Assembly: GCA_029261855.1 (NCBI GenBank) | Contig: JAJDAN010000011.1 | Location: 140,646 to 204,645 of the forward strand | Reading direction: 5' to 3' | From: Deltaproteobacteria bacterium | GTDB lineage: Bacteria > Myxococcota_A > UBA9160 > UBA4427 | Length of the DNA stretch: 64,000 nucleotides | Part shown: positions 38,934-47,865 of the stretch, piece after piece | Position numbering within the stretch: the first letter of the stretch is position 1 | Layout: every line of letters starts with the position of its first letter | Program-made: the position numbers and the translations under genes | The notes under the pieces: model-generated | Told to the model about the DNA's origin: nothing | Database searches by the model: none | Seen by the model: only the letters and a program-made list of their open reading frames with translations

Positions 38934-40076
38934 CTACTTCACGGCTCCGCTCTCGAGCAGCTTCTCGATCTCCGCGGCCCCGAAGCCGCAGTCGGCCAGC
39001 ACCTGCGCGGTGTCTTGGCCGATATGCGGCGGGGGCCCCGGCAGTTCCGGCGCGGTGCGACTGAAGCGCGGGGCCGGCGCGGCCTGCACGGCCCCGGCGG
39101 CCTCGACGAAGGTGCTGCGTGCGACGTTGTGGGGGTGCGACGGCGCCTCGCCCATGGACAGTACCGGCGCGAAACAGACATCACTGCCTTCCATGACCTC
39201 GCACCAGTCATCGCGCGTCTTGCTCTTGAAGACCGCGGTGAGTCGTTCCTGCATCTTCGGCCACTGGCTCTTGTCCATCTGCGCCGGCAGGTCCTCGCCC
39301 GCGAGCCCGGTCTTCTCGAGCAGCTCGGCATAGAACTGCGGCTCGATCGATCCGAGGGACACGTGCTTGCCGTCCTTCGTCTCGTACACCTCGTAGAAGT
39401 GCGCGCCCGTGTCCAGCAGGTTGGTTCCGCGATCGTCACTCCAGACGCCCATGGCGCGCATGCCGTACATCATCTGCATCAGGACCGCGGCGCCATCGAC
39501 CATCGCGCAGTCGATCACCTGACCCTGTCCCGAACGAGCCGTCTCGACCAGCGCACATGCCACGCCGAACGCCATCAGCATGCCGCCGCCGCCGAAATCC
39601 CCCACGAGGTTGAGGGGCGCGAGCGGCCGCTCGTCCTTGCGACCGATGTGATCGAGCACACCCGCCAGCGAGATGTAGTTGATGTCGTGGCCAGCGGCCT
39701 GGGCCATGGGACCGTCCTGCCCCCAGCCGGTCATGCGCCCGTAGACGAGCTTCGGGTTGCGGGCCAGGCAGACGTCGGGCCCGAGACCCAGTCGTTCCAT
39801 CACACCGGGACGGAATCCCTCGACGAGCGCGTCGGCCTGCTCCACCAGTCGCAGCACGGTCTCGATGCCCTCGGGGTTCTTGAGATCCACTGCGACACTG
39901 CGGCGGCCGCGGCTCATGGGATCGATGGGCGGCCTTCCGGGGTCGCCATCGCGCTTGCGATTCGCGCGATCGACGCGGATCACGTCCGCACCCATGTCCG
40001 CGAGCATCATCGACGCGAACGGGCCGGGCCCGATGCCTGCGATCTCCAACACCTTCACACCGCTGAGGGGACCCAT
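38934..40076 (-). CDS. Family III CoA-transferase (CaiB/BaiF), alpha-methylacyl-CoA racemase-like
   Basis: ORF 38934..40076, with AAGGAG upstream. Motifs [30 protein letters not shown] and [11 protein letters not shown]. Confidence 0.85.
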   Translation of the reverse strand: MGPLSGVKVLEIAGIGPGPFASMMLADMGADVIRVDRANRKRDGDPGRPPIDPMSRGRRSVAVDLKNPEGIETVLRLVEQADALVEGFRPGVMERLGLGPDVCLARNPKLVYGRMTGWGQDGPMAQAAGHDINYISLAGVLDHIGRKDERPLAPLNLVGDFGGGGMLMAFGVACALVETARSGQGQVIDCAMVDGAAVLMQMMYGMRAMGVWSDDRGTNLLDTGAHFYEVYETKDGKHVSLGSIEPQFYAELLEKTGLAGEDLPAQMDKSQWPKMQERLTAVFKSKTRDDWCEVMEGSDVCFAPVLSMGEAPSHPHNVARSTFVEAAGAVQAAPAPRFSRTAPELPGPPPHIGQDTAQVLADCGFGAAEIEKLLESGAVK

Positions 40077-40101
40077 TGCTGCTCCTTCGTTGCCGTACTT
40101 T

Positions 40102-40142
40102 GCGTGAGTTCGCGTGAGCTTCGCACGAGTTCGCGCGAACTC
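40102..40142. promoter_or_regulatory. Four tandem ~10-bp units ending in a 16-bp perfect palindrome, upstream of the racemase-like gene
   Basis: gcgtgagttc gcgtgagcttc gcacgagttc gcgcgaactc. The segment gagttcgcgcgaactc (40127-40142) is a perfect palindrome. Confidence 0.4.
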
Positions 40143-40164
40143 TGGAGCATATCCAACGCTTCCG

Positions 40165-41328
40165 TCAGCCGCCGGCGCCCAGGGTCGTGCTGCCGTCGCG
40201 CTGCCCGAGCTCGCGGCGCATCGCGCGCACCTTGTCCGCGGTCTCGAACAGGGCGCGTAGCTGACAGTGCTCGATGGTCGCGTCGACCACCGCCGCGATG
40301 TCCCGCTCGAAGTACTCCTCCAGCTGCGACATCCGGAAGCGCGCGAACTGCCGACCCGTCTCTCCCGATGTCCAGAAGTGCGCGAACAACCCGATCGTGT
40401 CCCGGGCCAGCTCGCCCTCGGCCGGCGCGTTGGCGTGGATCAGCGAGGTGAGCCCGTCGAGCACCTTCATGGCTCCGAGCATCTCGTTGTGCGCGATCGC
40501 TGCCATGCCCACCTCGAAGAGCGCCTGGCTGCGCGCCATGGTCAGCGCGCGATCCTTGCCACGCGACCACCCGAGCGATTGGGTGATGGTCTGGGTGACC
40601 GCCGGATTTCCCATCGAAATGGACGCGATGCCCAGCGAACTCATGCCGTGGATGGCGCTCGACGCGTCCGTGTGTCCGCTGCGGGTCGGATCGAAGGCGC
40701 GCACGGCACGGCGCAGCACCGCGAGTGCCGGCCCGACGAGCTGGGCCCGCCCTGCCCCGCGCGCCTCGACGACGATGGCCACGACCCCGTCGATCAGATC
40801 CGTCAGCGCGTCGCCCGCGTAGCGCGGGTGCTCGCAGACGCGGTCCGCCAGCTCGCGCAGCGCCAGCAGGGTCGGGAGCTTCTCGCGCACGGGCTCGCTG
40901 CGGCGACCGAACTCGACCAGGTCGTGCAACGAGTCCTCGAGCAGGCGACCGCTGACCTCGAGCTCTCGAGAGCTCTCCCCTGCCAGCAGGCGGATGATCG
41001 CCGACCGCTGGCCATAGCGACGCGGCGCGACGAAGGCCGTCATCACGGAAATCAGCGCCAGCAACCCGAAGCCCACGCTCCAGACCGGGCCGTCCGGCCA
41101 CACGCTGTAGCGATGCACCACCACGGTCCCGGCCGCCACGGCGATGGCGATGATGATGGGCAGCCCCAGGTCTCGGGCGAGCATTCCCCGGCGCTTCTCG
41201 AGTACCTGGCGGATCTCGGGTGGCAACGACTGCAAGACGACCGCCGGCAGACCGATCAGCAGGACGAAGAACGTGACGAGCGCGTCGAACGGGATCTCGG
41301 TGACGATCAGCGCGGGGGCGGAATTCAT
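40165..41328 (-). CDS. Membrane protein (about 4 TM plus an all-helical cytoplasmic domain), unknown function
   Basis: ATG for MNSAPALIV is placed at 41328 from the track frame of ORF 40165..41493. It forms an ATGA overlap with the stop of the upstream REC gene. Confidence 0.65.
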   Translation of the reverse strand: MNSAPALIVTEIPFDALVTFFVLLIGLPAVVLQSLPPEIRQVLEKRRGMLARDLGLPIIIAIAVAAGTVVVHRYSVWPDGPVWSVGFGLLALISVMTAFVAPRRYGQRSAIIRLLAGESSRELEVSGRLLEDSLHDLVEFGRRSEPVREKLPTLLALRELADRVCEHPRYAGDALTDLIDGVVAIVVEARGAGRAQLVGPALAVLRRAVRAFDPTRSGHTDASSAIHGMSSLGIASISMGNPAVTQTITQSLGWSRGKDRALTMARSQALFEVGMAAIAHNEMLGAMKVLDGLTSLIHANAPAEGELARDTIGLFAHFWTSGETGRQFARFRMSQLEEYFERDIAAVVDATIEHCQLRALFETADKVRAMRRELGQRDGSTTLGAGG

Positions 41329-41819
41329 CGTCCCCGTTGCTCGAGCAACCGGTCGATCAGCTCGCGCAGGATCGTGTCCGGCAGGTCGGCGCGCTTCTGC
41401 TGCACCACCTCGATACCGAGCTCTTCCAGCAGGTCCAGGATCTCCGTGCGGCAGTCCACGGAGAAGACTGCGATGCGGCTGGGGGACATCCACGGCGGTG
41501 GCTTCGGCAGCTCTCCGTCGGGTGCCTGGGCGGGGCCCAGCAACCAGCGCAGCAGCTGCAGGCCGAGCTCTGCGTGCACCTTGTCGCGACCCGCTCTGCG
41601 ATGCAGCTCCTTCCAGTGCGGGTCGTCACCCGGCGGAAGCCGCACGTCGACCACCACCGCGTCGAACTCCTCCTCGAGGATGTACTCGACGGCGGTCGTC
41701 AGGTCTTCGGCCAGCACCAGCTCGATGCGCCCGTCGTAGAGGACGGGACCGGAGAGATGCGAAAGCTCCGATCGGGCGCCGTCTTCGATCCAGAGGGCTC
41801 GCGGTCGGCTCGGGGGCAT
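41325..41819 (-). CDS. Stand-alone atypical receiver (REC)-like domain protein
   Basis: ORF 41325..41819. Receiver-like blocks ALWIEDG, DAVVVDVRLPPGD, IAVFSV and VQQK. A roughly 35-aa insertion follows the putative phospho-Asp. Confidence 0.6.
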   Translation of the reverse strand: MPPSRPRALWIEDGARSELSHLSGPVLYDGRIELVLAEDLTTAVEYILEEEFDAVVVDVRLPPGDDPHWKELHRRAGRDKVHAELGLQLLRWLLGPAQAPDGELPKPPPWMSPSRIAVFSVDCRTEILDLLEELGIEVVQQKRADLPDTILRELIDRLLEQRGR

Positions 41820-41912
41820 GGGGCTTGCGTTCTCCTGGGTTCGAATTGCAGGCTACGGGACGCGTTCCGACACGCGCGTGGACGCGGGCGGCGACGGACG
41901 GCAACGACGGGG

Positions 41913-43415
41913 TCAGACCGCCAGGGGCAAGGTCAGGGTGACCCGGGTGAGGAACGGCTGCCGATAGTACTCCCGATGCCCCGGGTCCGGCGAGGAGGCG
42001 CGCGCGGGGCGACTCGTCACGGTCAGGGATCCGCGGTGGGCGTGGGCGACGCGTTGGCTGTCCGTCAAGCCGATCCCGGTCCCCAGGCGCCCGCGGTCCT
42101 TGGACCGCTTCCCGCGGTAGCCCATCTGGAAGATCATGCCCCCCTCGATCTCGCTCCGCTCGACGGGCACGCCCCAGTTCTCCACGTCGATCCGGACGAG
42201 TTCTTCGTCATTCGAGATCTCGATGGAGATCCACGGCGCGTCATGACCCTCGCGCGCCCACGAGTACTTGATGGCGTTGTGGATCATGTTCGTGATCGCG
42301 CGCAGCAGATCTCTGCGATTGCCGAACACTTCGTGATCCTCGGACCGGTTGCGCCAGACCACCTCCACCCGGGCCGCCCGCGCGAACTCCGACAAGTGCG
42401 CGATCGATTCGCGCAGGACCGACGCCACGGTGAAGCGCGTGCTGGGGTCGTCGGTACGGATCTCGGTGGTGATGAAGTCGCGCAGAGCCGCGAGACTGGT
42501 GTCCATCTGGACCACCGCCGTGCGCGACGCGGTGATGTCCATGAAGCAGGTGATCCGTTCCAGCTCCTGCGCGGCGCGCAGGGTGTCCCGCACCACCTCC
42601 TTGGGCATGTTGCCGGGCGCCAGGTCACGACAGGCGGCGAGGATCTCACCCGTCACCGCCCGCAGGGCGGAGATCCGCATCTCGGGAACCGGGATCATCT
42701 CCTCGTAGCCCTCGAGGGTGGGGACCACGGCCTCGAGCTTCTGCCAGCGTTCCGGCGGCAGGGCCTGCGCGCGGCGTTCTTCGTCGCCCGCCTCCATCAG
42801 GCGCTGCAGCGCGGTCACGAGTAGATCCGTACGCTTCGACATCTGCTCTTCGAGCCGGTCGGGATGCGCGGCCTCGTAGTCTGCCTGTAGCTCCGGCTCG
42901 AGCGCGCGCCCGGCCGCGAGCAGGGTCTGGTTGACCATCACCAGGGTCGAGGTGTTCGCGTGCAGGATCTGACCGATGTCGAAGGTCATCTCGCGCACGG
43001 TTTCTTGCAGGGCGTGAGTACGAGCAGCCGCCTGGTGGTCCTCGGTGACGTCGACCATGCAGCCCACGTAGAGGCCGTTGCTCGAGTCATCCTCGTACGG
43101 GATCGGCGCCAGATGGTTCTCGACCCACAGGTCCCGCCCGCCGACCCGTAGGTGAACCAAGGTGCGGCCGCCCTCGCCCGCCCGCTCCACCAGACGCTGC
43201 CAGCCGGCGGACTCGGCATGGAAGTCGGCGATGCTCGCTTCGAGCGCGCCCTCCACGGGCAACTCCAACATGCGCCGCGCCTCGGCGTTGGCGTAGGCCA
43301 GACGTCCCTCGGCATCGGCAATGGTGATGCCCATCGGCAGGTCGATCAGCGGCGCGCTCTCGAGCTGCGAAAGAAGCCAGGAAAGCGTCTGCCGTCCGGT
43401 CTCGGGCGGACTCAT
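41913..43415 (-). CDS. Cytoplasmic PAS sensor kinase with an atypical dimerisation/phosphotransfer region
   Basis: ATG 43415 in frame within ORF 41913..43913. PAS region GITIADAEGRLAYANAEARRML. HATPase N-box ITNMIHNAIKYS and G2 box GTGIGL. I recognise no canonical H-box. Confidence 0.75.
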   Translation of the reverse strand: MSPPETGRQTLSWLLSQLESAPLIDLPMGITIADAEGRLAYANAEARRMLELPVEGALEASIADFHAESAGWQRLVERAGEGGRTLVHLRVGGRDLWVENHLAPIPYEDDSSNGLYVGCMVDVTEDHQAAARTHALQETVREMTFDIGQILHANTSTLVMVNQTLLAAGRALEPELQADYEAAHPDRLEEQMSKRTDLLVTALQRLMEAGDEERRAQALPPERWQKLEAVVPTLEGYEEMIPVPEMRISALRAVTGEILAACRDLAPGNMPKEVVRDTLRAAQELERITCFMDITASRTAVVQMDTSLAALRDFITTEIRTDDPSTRFTVASVLRESIAHLSEFARAARVEVVWRNRSEDHEVFGNRRDLLRAITNMIHNAIKYSWAREGHDAPWISIEISNDEELVRIDVENWGVPVERSEIEGGMIFQMGYRGKRSKDRGRLGTGIGLTDSQRVAHAHRGSLTVTSRPARASSPDPGHREYYRQPFLTRVTLTLPLAV

Positions 43416-43474
43416 TCGGGACTCGCTCCGGGAGTGGCGTGGAGGCGGCGATGATACGCTCTCCGGCCCCCGGA

Positions 43475-43524
43475 TGCCCGGGAGCAGGTGCCGCCTGGGA
43501 GCAAGTGGCGCCTGGGAGCAAGTG
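43475..43524. promoter_or_regulatory. Three direct repeats at an exact 17-bp period in the divergent kinase/panE promoter region
   Basis: tgcccgggagcaggtg (43475), cgcctgggagcaagtg (43492), cgcctgggagcaagtg (43509). Confidence 0.5.
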
Positions 43525-43540
43525 ACGGAAGGGGGGACGC

Positions 43541-44518
43541 GTGAAGGTCGCCGTGTTCGGGGGAGGTGCCGTGGGCCTCGGACTCGCGAGCTGTCTGCTG
43601 GCAGCCGGCGAGACCGTGCATCTCCACGTTCGCAGGCGCGCAGCCCTCGCAGCGCTGAGACGTCACGGGATCCAGCGCGAGGGGCTGTTCGGACCCCGGC
43701 TCGCGAGGCCCGAGGAGTTCGAGGTGTCGACGGACCCGTCGGCTCTCCCGGCGTTCGGTCCCGAGGTCGTGCTGATCTGTACGAAGAGCCCGGACCTGGA
43801 CGCAGCCGCGACCGCGCTCGCCAGGGTCTGGGGAGACCTGCCCGGAGAGCCGGGGGTCGTCGCTTGCATGAACGGCTGGGGGGCCGCCGAGCGGCTGGCT
43901 CGAGACCTCCCACCCGCCCGCATCTTCAATGCGACGATCACGACGGGCTTCCGCCGGCACCCGCTCTACCGGGTCCACGTCACCGTGCACGGCGCGGACG
44001 TGCGGATGGGCAGCCTTTTCGGCGGGCCGGCCGCAGAGCTCGCGCCCCTGTGCGACGCGCTCACGAAGGGCGGGTTGCCGAGCGCCGTGTCCGACGACAT
44101 GGAGGCGGAGATCTGGGCGAAGCTCCTCTACAACTGCGCGCTGAACCCCCTCGCCGCACTGCTCGGCGTCGCCTACGGGTCACTCGGCGAGAACCCGGCC
44201 AGCCGTCGGGTACTGGAAACGGTGGTGGGCGAGATCTTCGCAGTGCTCGCGGCCAGCGGGCGCCGGACGAAGTGGCCATCTGCCGATGCCTACCTCGACT
44301 TCTTCTTCCGCGAGCTGCTGCCCCCGACCCGGGACCACGAGTCGTCCATGCTGCAGGACCTGCGGGCCGGACGACCCACGGAAATCGATGCGCTCAACGG
44401 AGCCGTCGCCCGACTGGGGCAGAATGCCGGCGTCGCGACACCCGTCAACGCGGCCCTGGCAACCCTCGTCCGGTCCCTGCATCCAAGCCTGTATCCAGAC
44501 CAGGGCGCATCCGCTTGA
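43541..44518 (+). CDS. panE: 2-dehydropantoate 2-reductase (ApbA/PanE family)
   Basis: ORF 43541..44518 (GTG, G-rich SD). Rossmann N-terminus MKVAVFGGGAVGLGLA. Also SMLQDLRAGRPTEIDALNG. Confidence 0.8.
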   Translation: MKVAVFGGGAVGLGLASCLLAAGETVHLHVRRRAALAALRRHGIQREGLFGPRLARPEEFEVSTDPSALPAFGPEVVLICTKSPDLDAAATALARVWGDLPGEPGVVACMNGWGAAERLARDLPPARIFNATITTGFRRHPLYRVHVTVHGADVRMGSLFGGPAAELAPLCDALTKGGLPSAVSDDMEAEIWAKLLYNCALNPLAALLGVAYGSLGENPASRRVLETVVGEIFAVLAASGRRTKWPSADAYLDFFFRELLPPTRDHESSMLQDLRAGRPTEIDALNGAVARLGQNAGVATPVNAALATLVRSLHPSLYPDQGASA

Positions 44519-44620
44519 CCCCACGCGACGATTTGGCTTTGATCCTCGCCGCGCCAGCAGGCACGCAAGCAAACGAGAAAATAGGGGGACGCCGCCATTC
44601 GCTGCTCGAATCGTAGAGTC

Positions 44621-45841
44621 GTGATCACCGGAATCGGCGCGCTCAGCCCCGTCGGGCTCGACCGGGAGACGACCTGGTCCGCTCTGCTAGCGGGGCAGAG
44701 CGGGATCGCTGCGATCAGCCTCTTCGACGCCAGCGATTTTCCGGCCCGAATCGCCGGGGAGGTGTCGGGCTTCGACCCCGAGCAGCACTTCACGCCGAAG
44801 GACGCGCGCAAGCTCGATCGCTACGAGCAGTTCGCGATCGTGGCGGCGCGCGAGGCCATGGCCGATGCAGGGCTCGATCGCGAGTCTCTCGACGGAGACC
44901 GCACCGGCGTCGTGATCGGCACGGGCCTCGGCGGGCTCGAGACCCTGCAGACGGTCGCGGACACCCTGCGAGACAAGGGTCCGCGTCGGGTGAATCCGTT
45001 CACCATCCCGAAGATCATCGCCAACCTCGCGTCCGGGCTGGTGTCCATCGAGTTCGGCGCGCGCGGTCCCAACCTCGCGAGCGTCAGCGCCTGCGCGACC
45101 GGTTCCCACAGCATCGGCGACGCGGCGCGACTGATCGCCATGGGCGACGCCGACGCCATGATCGCCGGCGGCGCCGAGGCGACCATCCACCCCATCTGCC
45201 TGGCGTCGTTTGCGGCCATGAAGGCGCTGTCCACGCGCAACGACGAGCCCGAACGTGCGAGTCGTCCCTTCGACGTCGACCGGGACGGCTTCGTCGCCGC
45301 GGAAGGCGCGACGGTGGTGATCCTCGAGCTGCTCGAGAACGCCAAGGCCCGGGGCGCGCGGATCTACGCGGAGGTCGCCGGCTACGGTCAGTCCGCCGAC
45401 GCGCACCACATCACCAGCCCCGACCCCGAGGGCTCCGGCGCCATGCTGGCCATGCGAAACGCCCTGGCAGACGCCGAGCTCACGCCGGCGGACATCCAGT
45501 ACATCAACGCCCACGGCACCTCGACGCCCTTCAACGATGCCATCGAGACCAAGGCCATCAAGGGCGTCTTCGAGGCGCGGGCGAACGACGTCTGGATCAG
45601 CAGCACGAAATCGTGCACGGGCCACCTGCTGGGCGCCGCAGGAGCCATCGAAGCGGCGGTGCTGGCCCTCGCCATCCACCGCAACGAGGTGCCGCCCACG
45701 GCGAATCTCGAGAACCCGGACCCGGAATGCGATCTCGACTACGTGCCGGGAAAGAGCCGCCAGAAGGACATCCAGGCCGGCCTCTCGAACAGCTTCGGCT
45801 TCGGCGGGACGAACGTCTGCCTCGTCTTCAAGGAAGTCTGA
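44621..45841 (+). CDS. fabF: 3-oxoacyl-ACP synthase II
   Basis: ORF 44621..45841. Active-site context [10 protein letters not shown]. Also [11 protein letters not shown] and [15 protein letters not shown]. The true start is probably upstream of the GTG (see findings). Confidence 0.9.
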   Translation: MITGIGALSPVGLDRETTWSALLAGQSGIAAISLFDASDFPARIAGEVSGFDPEQHFTPKDARKLDRYEQFAIVAAREAMADAGLDRESLDGDRTGVVIGTGLGGLETLQTVADTLRDKGPRRVNPFTIPKIIANLASGLVSIEFGARGPNLASVSACATGSHSIGDAARLIAMGDADAMIAGGAEATIHPICLASFAAMKALSTRNDEPERASRPFDVDRDGFVAAEGATVVILELLENAKARGARIYAEVAGYGQSADAHHITSPDPEGSGAMLAMRNALADAELTPADIQYINAHGTSTPFNDAIETKAIKGVFEARANDVWISSTKSCTGHLLGAAGAIEAAVLALAIHRNEVPPTANLENPDPECDLDYVPGKSRQKDIQAGLSNSFGFGGTNVCLVFKEV

Positions 45842-45846
45842 AGGCG

Positions 45847-45885
45847 AGGCCCGCTAGCAAGCCGGAACGGCCGGCTAGCGGGCCT
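45847..45885. terminator. Bidirectional stem-loop between convergent fabF and CoA-transferase genes
   Basis: aggcccgctagc ...15 nt... gctagcgggcct: 12-bp perfect stem. The right arm contains the minus-strand stop at 45875-45877. Confidence 0.5.
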
Positions 45886-47065
45886 GCAGCACGCCCTGGT
45901 CCCGGAGGCTCGCGATCTCGTCGGGCGACAGCACCTCGGCGAGCACCTCGTCGTCGTGCTCACCGTGCAGGGGCGGCGGTCTCGTGATGGCGCCCGGGGT
46001 CTCCGAAAGCTTCACCGGCAGGCCCGTCGTCTTGAAGGTGCCGACCTCGGCGTGGGGCAATTCGACGAGCATCTCCCGCGCCAGAACCTGGGGGTCGCGG
46101 AAGACCTGGCCGATGTCGAGCACCGGCCCACAAGGCACGCCCGCCTGGTTGAGGCGTGTCACCCAATGGTCGACGGACTTGGCGGCCAGGACTTCCTCGA
46201 TGGCGTGGGTGAGCGCTTCGCGGTGCTTCAACCGCTCGATCGGCCCGCAGAAGCGGTCGTCCGTCTTCCATTCGGGCCGCTCCAGAACGTCCGCGAGCTT
46301 CTCCCACATGGCCTCGTTGCCGGCGGCGATGTTCAAGTACCCGTCTCCCGCCCGAAAGCGACCGTAGGGAGACGACAAGGGGTGGTGCTGGCCGGCGGGA
46401 CCCGGGACGGTCCCGCGTTCGAAGAACATGCCCGCGCCCCAGGACAGCACGCTGATCATGGACTCGAGCAACGAGGTCTCGACCACCTGGCCCCGGCCCG
46501 TCCGTTCGCGCGCCAGTAGGGCGAGCTGGACGCCGTGGGCGGCGAAGATGCCCCCGAGCAGGTCACCGATGGCGATCCCCGCGCGGGTGGGGCCGCTCTC
46601 TTCGGTTCCGGTGAGGCTCATGAAACCGCTCATGCCCTGCGCGATCTGATCGAAGCCGGGTCGATCCCGGTACGGCCCGGTCGCGCCGAAGCCCGAGATC
46701 CCGCAGTAGACCAGCCGCGGGTTCAGAGCCTGCAGGCTCTCGGCCCCCAGCCCGAACGCGTCCATCACACCCGGACGGAAGTTCTCGATCACTACGTCGA
46801 AGCGCGGGACGAGTCGCCGGAAGACCTCGGCACCGGCATCCGTCCGCAGGTCCAGGGCGACCGACCGCTTGTTGCGGTTGGCGGACAGGAAGAAGTAGCT
46901 GTCCCGCTTCGCGCCGGGCGGCCGGAACTCGCGCCCCTTGAGCGATTCGATCTTGACCACGTCGGCGCCGTAGTCGCCGAGCAGCATGGAAGCGAAGGGC
47001 CCCGCCAGGTAGCGGGTGAGGTCGAGGACCCGGATGCCGTCGAGGGGCCCGGCCACGTTCCTCAA
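45875..47065 (-). CDS. Family III CoA-transferase (CaiB/BaiF)
   Basis: ORF 45875..47065. Motifs GIRVLDLTRYLAGPFASMLLGDYGADVVKIE and GFDQIAQGMSGFMS. Confidence 0.85.
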   Translation of the reverse strand: MRNVAGPLDGIRVLDLTRYLAGPFASMLLGDYGADVVKIESLKGREFRPPGAKRDSYFFLSANRNKRSVALDLRTDAGAEVFRRLVPRFDVVIENFRPGVMDAFGLGAESLQALNPRLVYCGISGFGATGPYRDRPGFDQIAQGMSGFMSLTGTEESGPTRAGIAIGDLLGGIFAAHGVQLALLARERTGRGQVVETSLLESMISVLSWGAGMFFERGTVPGPAGQHHPLSSPYGRFRAGDGYLNIAAGNEAMWEKLADVLERPEWKTDDRFCGPIERLKHREALTHAIEEVLAAKSVDHWVTRLNQAGVPCGPVLDIGQVFRDPQVLAREMLVELPHAEVGTFKTTGLPVKLSETPGAITRPPPLHGEHDDEVLAEVLSPDEIASLRDQGVLQAR

Positions 47066-47853
47066 CGCCCCTTGAAGTCGGGTCGGCGCTTCTCGAGGAA
47101 GGCGCGCACGCCCTCCTTGTAATCGTCGCTCTCGAAGCAGGCTTGGATGCTGTCTCCCATCCCGGCGTGATCCTGCTGGGCCGACTCGAGGTGGACCTGT
47201 CCGAAGATCTTCTTGGCGCTTCGCAGGGTGAGCGGCGCGTTGTCCGCGATGCCCTCGGCGATCTTCCGAACGCTGGCCTCGAGCTCGGCCTTGTTGAAGA
47301 CCGCATTCACGAGACCCATGCGCAGGGCTTCCTGGGCGTCGAAGCGCCTCCCGGTAAAGAAGAGCTCCTTGGCGGCGGGAAGGCCCACGGTGTTGACCAG
47401 CGCCTCGATCCCGCCGGCGCTGTAGCCCAGGCCCAGGCGCGCGGCGGGGATGCCGAACATGGCGTCGTCCGACGCGTATCGCATGTCCGCCGTGAGCGAG
47501 ATCGCGCAGCCGCCGCCGATGCAGAAGCCGTGGATCATGGCGAGCACCGGCTTGCGGATCTTCGCGATCGAGCCGAACGCCAGCGCGTTCTGGACGTCGT
47601 AGTCTGCGGCCTTGTCGCCGACACGGTTCTTCCCGAACTCGGAGATGTCCGCGCCCGAGACGAAGGCCTCTTCGCCTTCGCCGCGCAGGACGACGACCCG
47701 AACCGAGTCATCGTCGTCCAGCTCGCTCGCCGCGGCCGGCATCGCGTTCCACATCCCGGCCGAGATCGCGTTGCGACGCTGGGGGTGGTCGAAGACGAGC
47801 CAGCCGATGGGTCCTTCACGTTCGACGCGGATCCTGCCCGCTGATTCCGACAT
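47062..47853 (-). CDS. Enoyl-CoA hydratase/isomerase (crotonase) family
   Basis: ORF 47062..47853. Motifs NAISAGMW, AFVSGADISEF and HGFCIGGGCAISL. It has a 4-nt overlap with the downstream CoA-transferase. Confidence 0.9.
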   Translation of the reverse strand: MSESAGRIRVEREGPIGWLVFDHPQRRNAISAGMWNAMPAAASELDDDDSVRVVVLRGEGEEAFVSGADISEFGKNRVGDKAADYDVQNALAFGSIAKIRKPVLAMIHGFCIGGGCAISLTADMRYASDDAMFGIPAARLGLGYSAGGIEALVNTVGLPAAKELFFTGRRFDAQEALRMGLVNAVFNKAELEASVRKIAEGIADNAPLTLRSAKKIFGQVHLESAQQDHAGMGDSIQACFESDDYKEGVRAFLEKRRPDFKGR

Positions 47854-47865
47854 GCTGCGAGCTTA

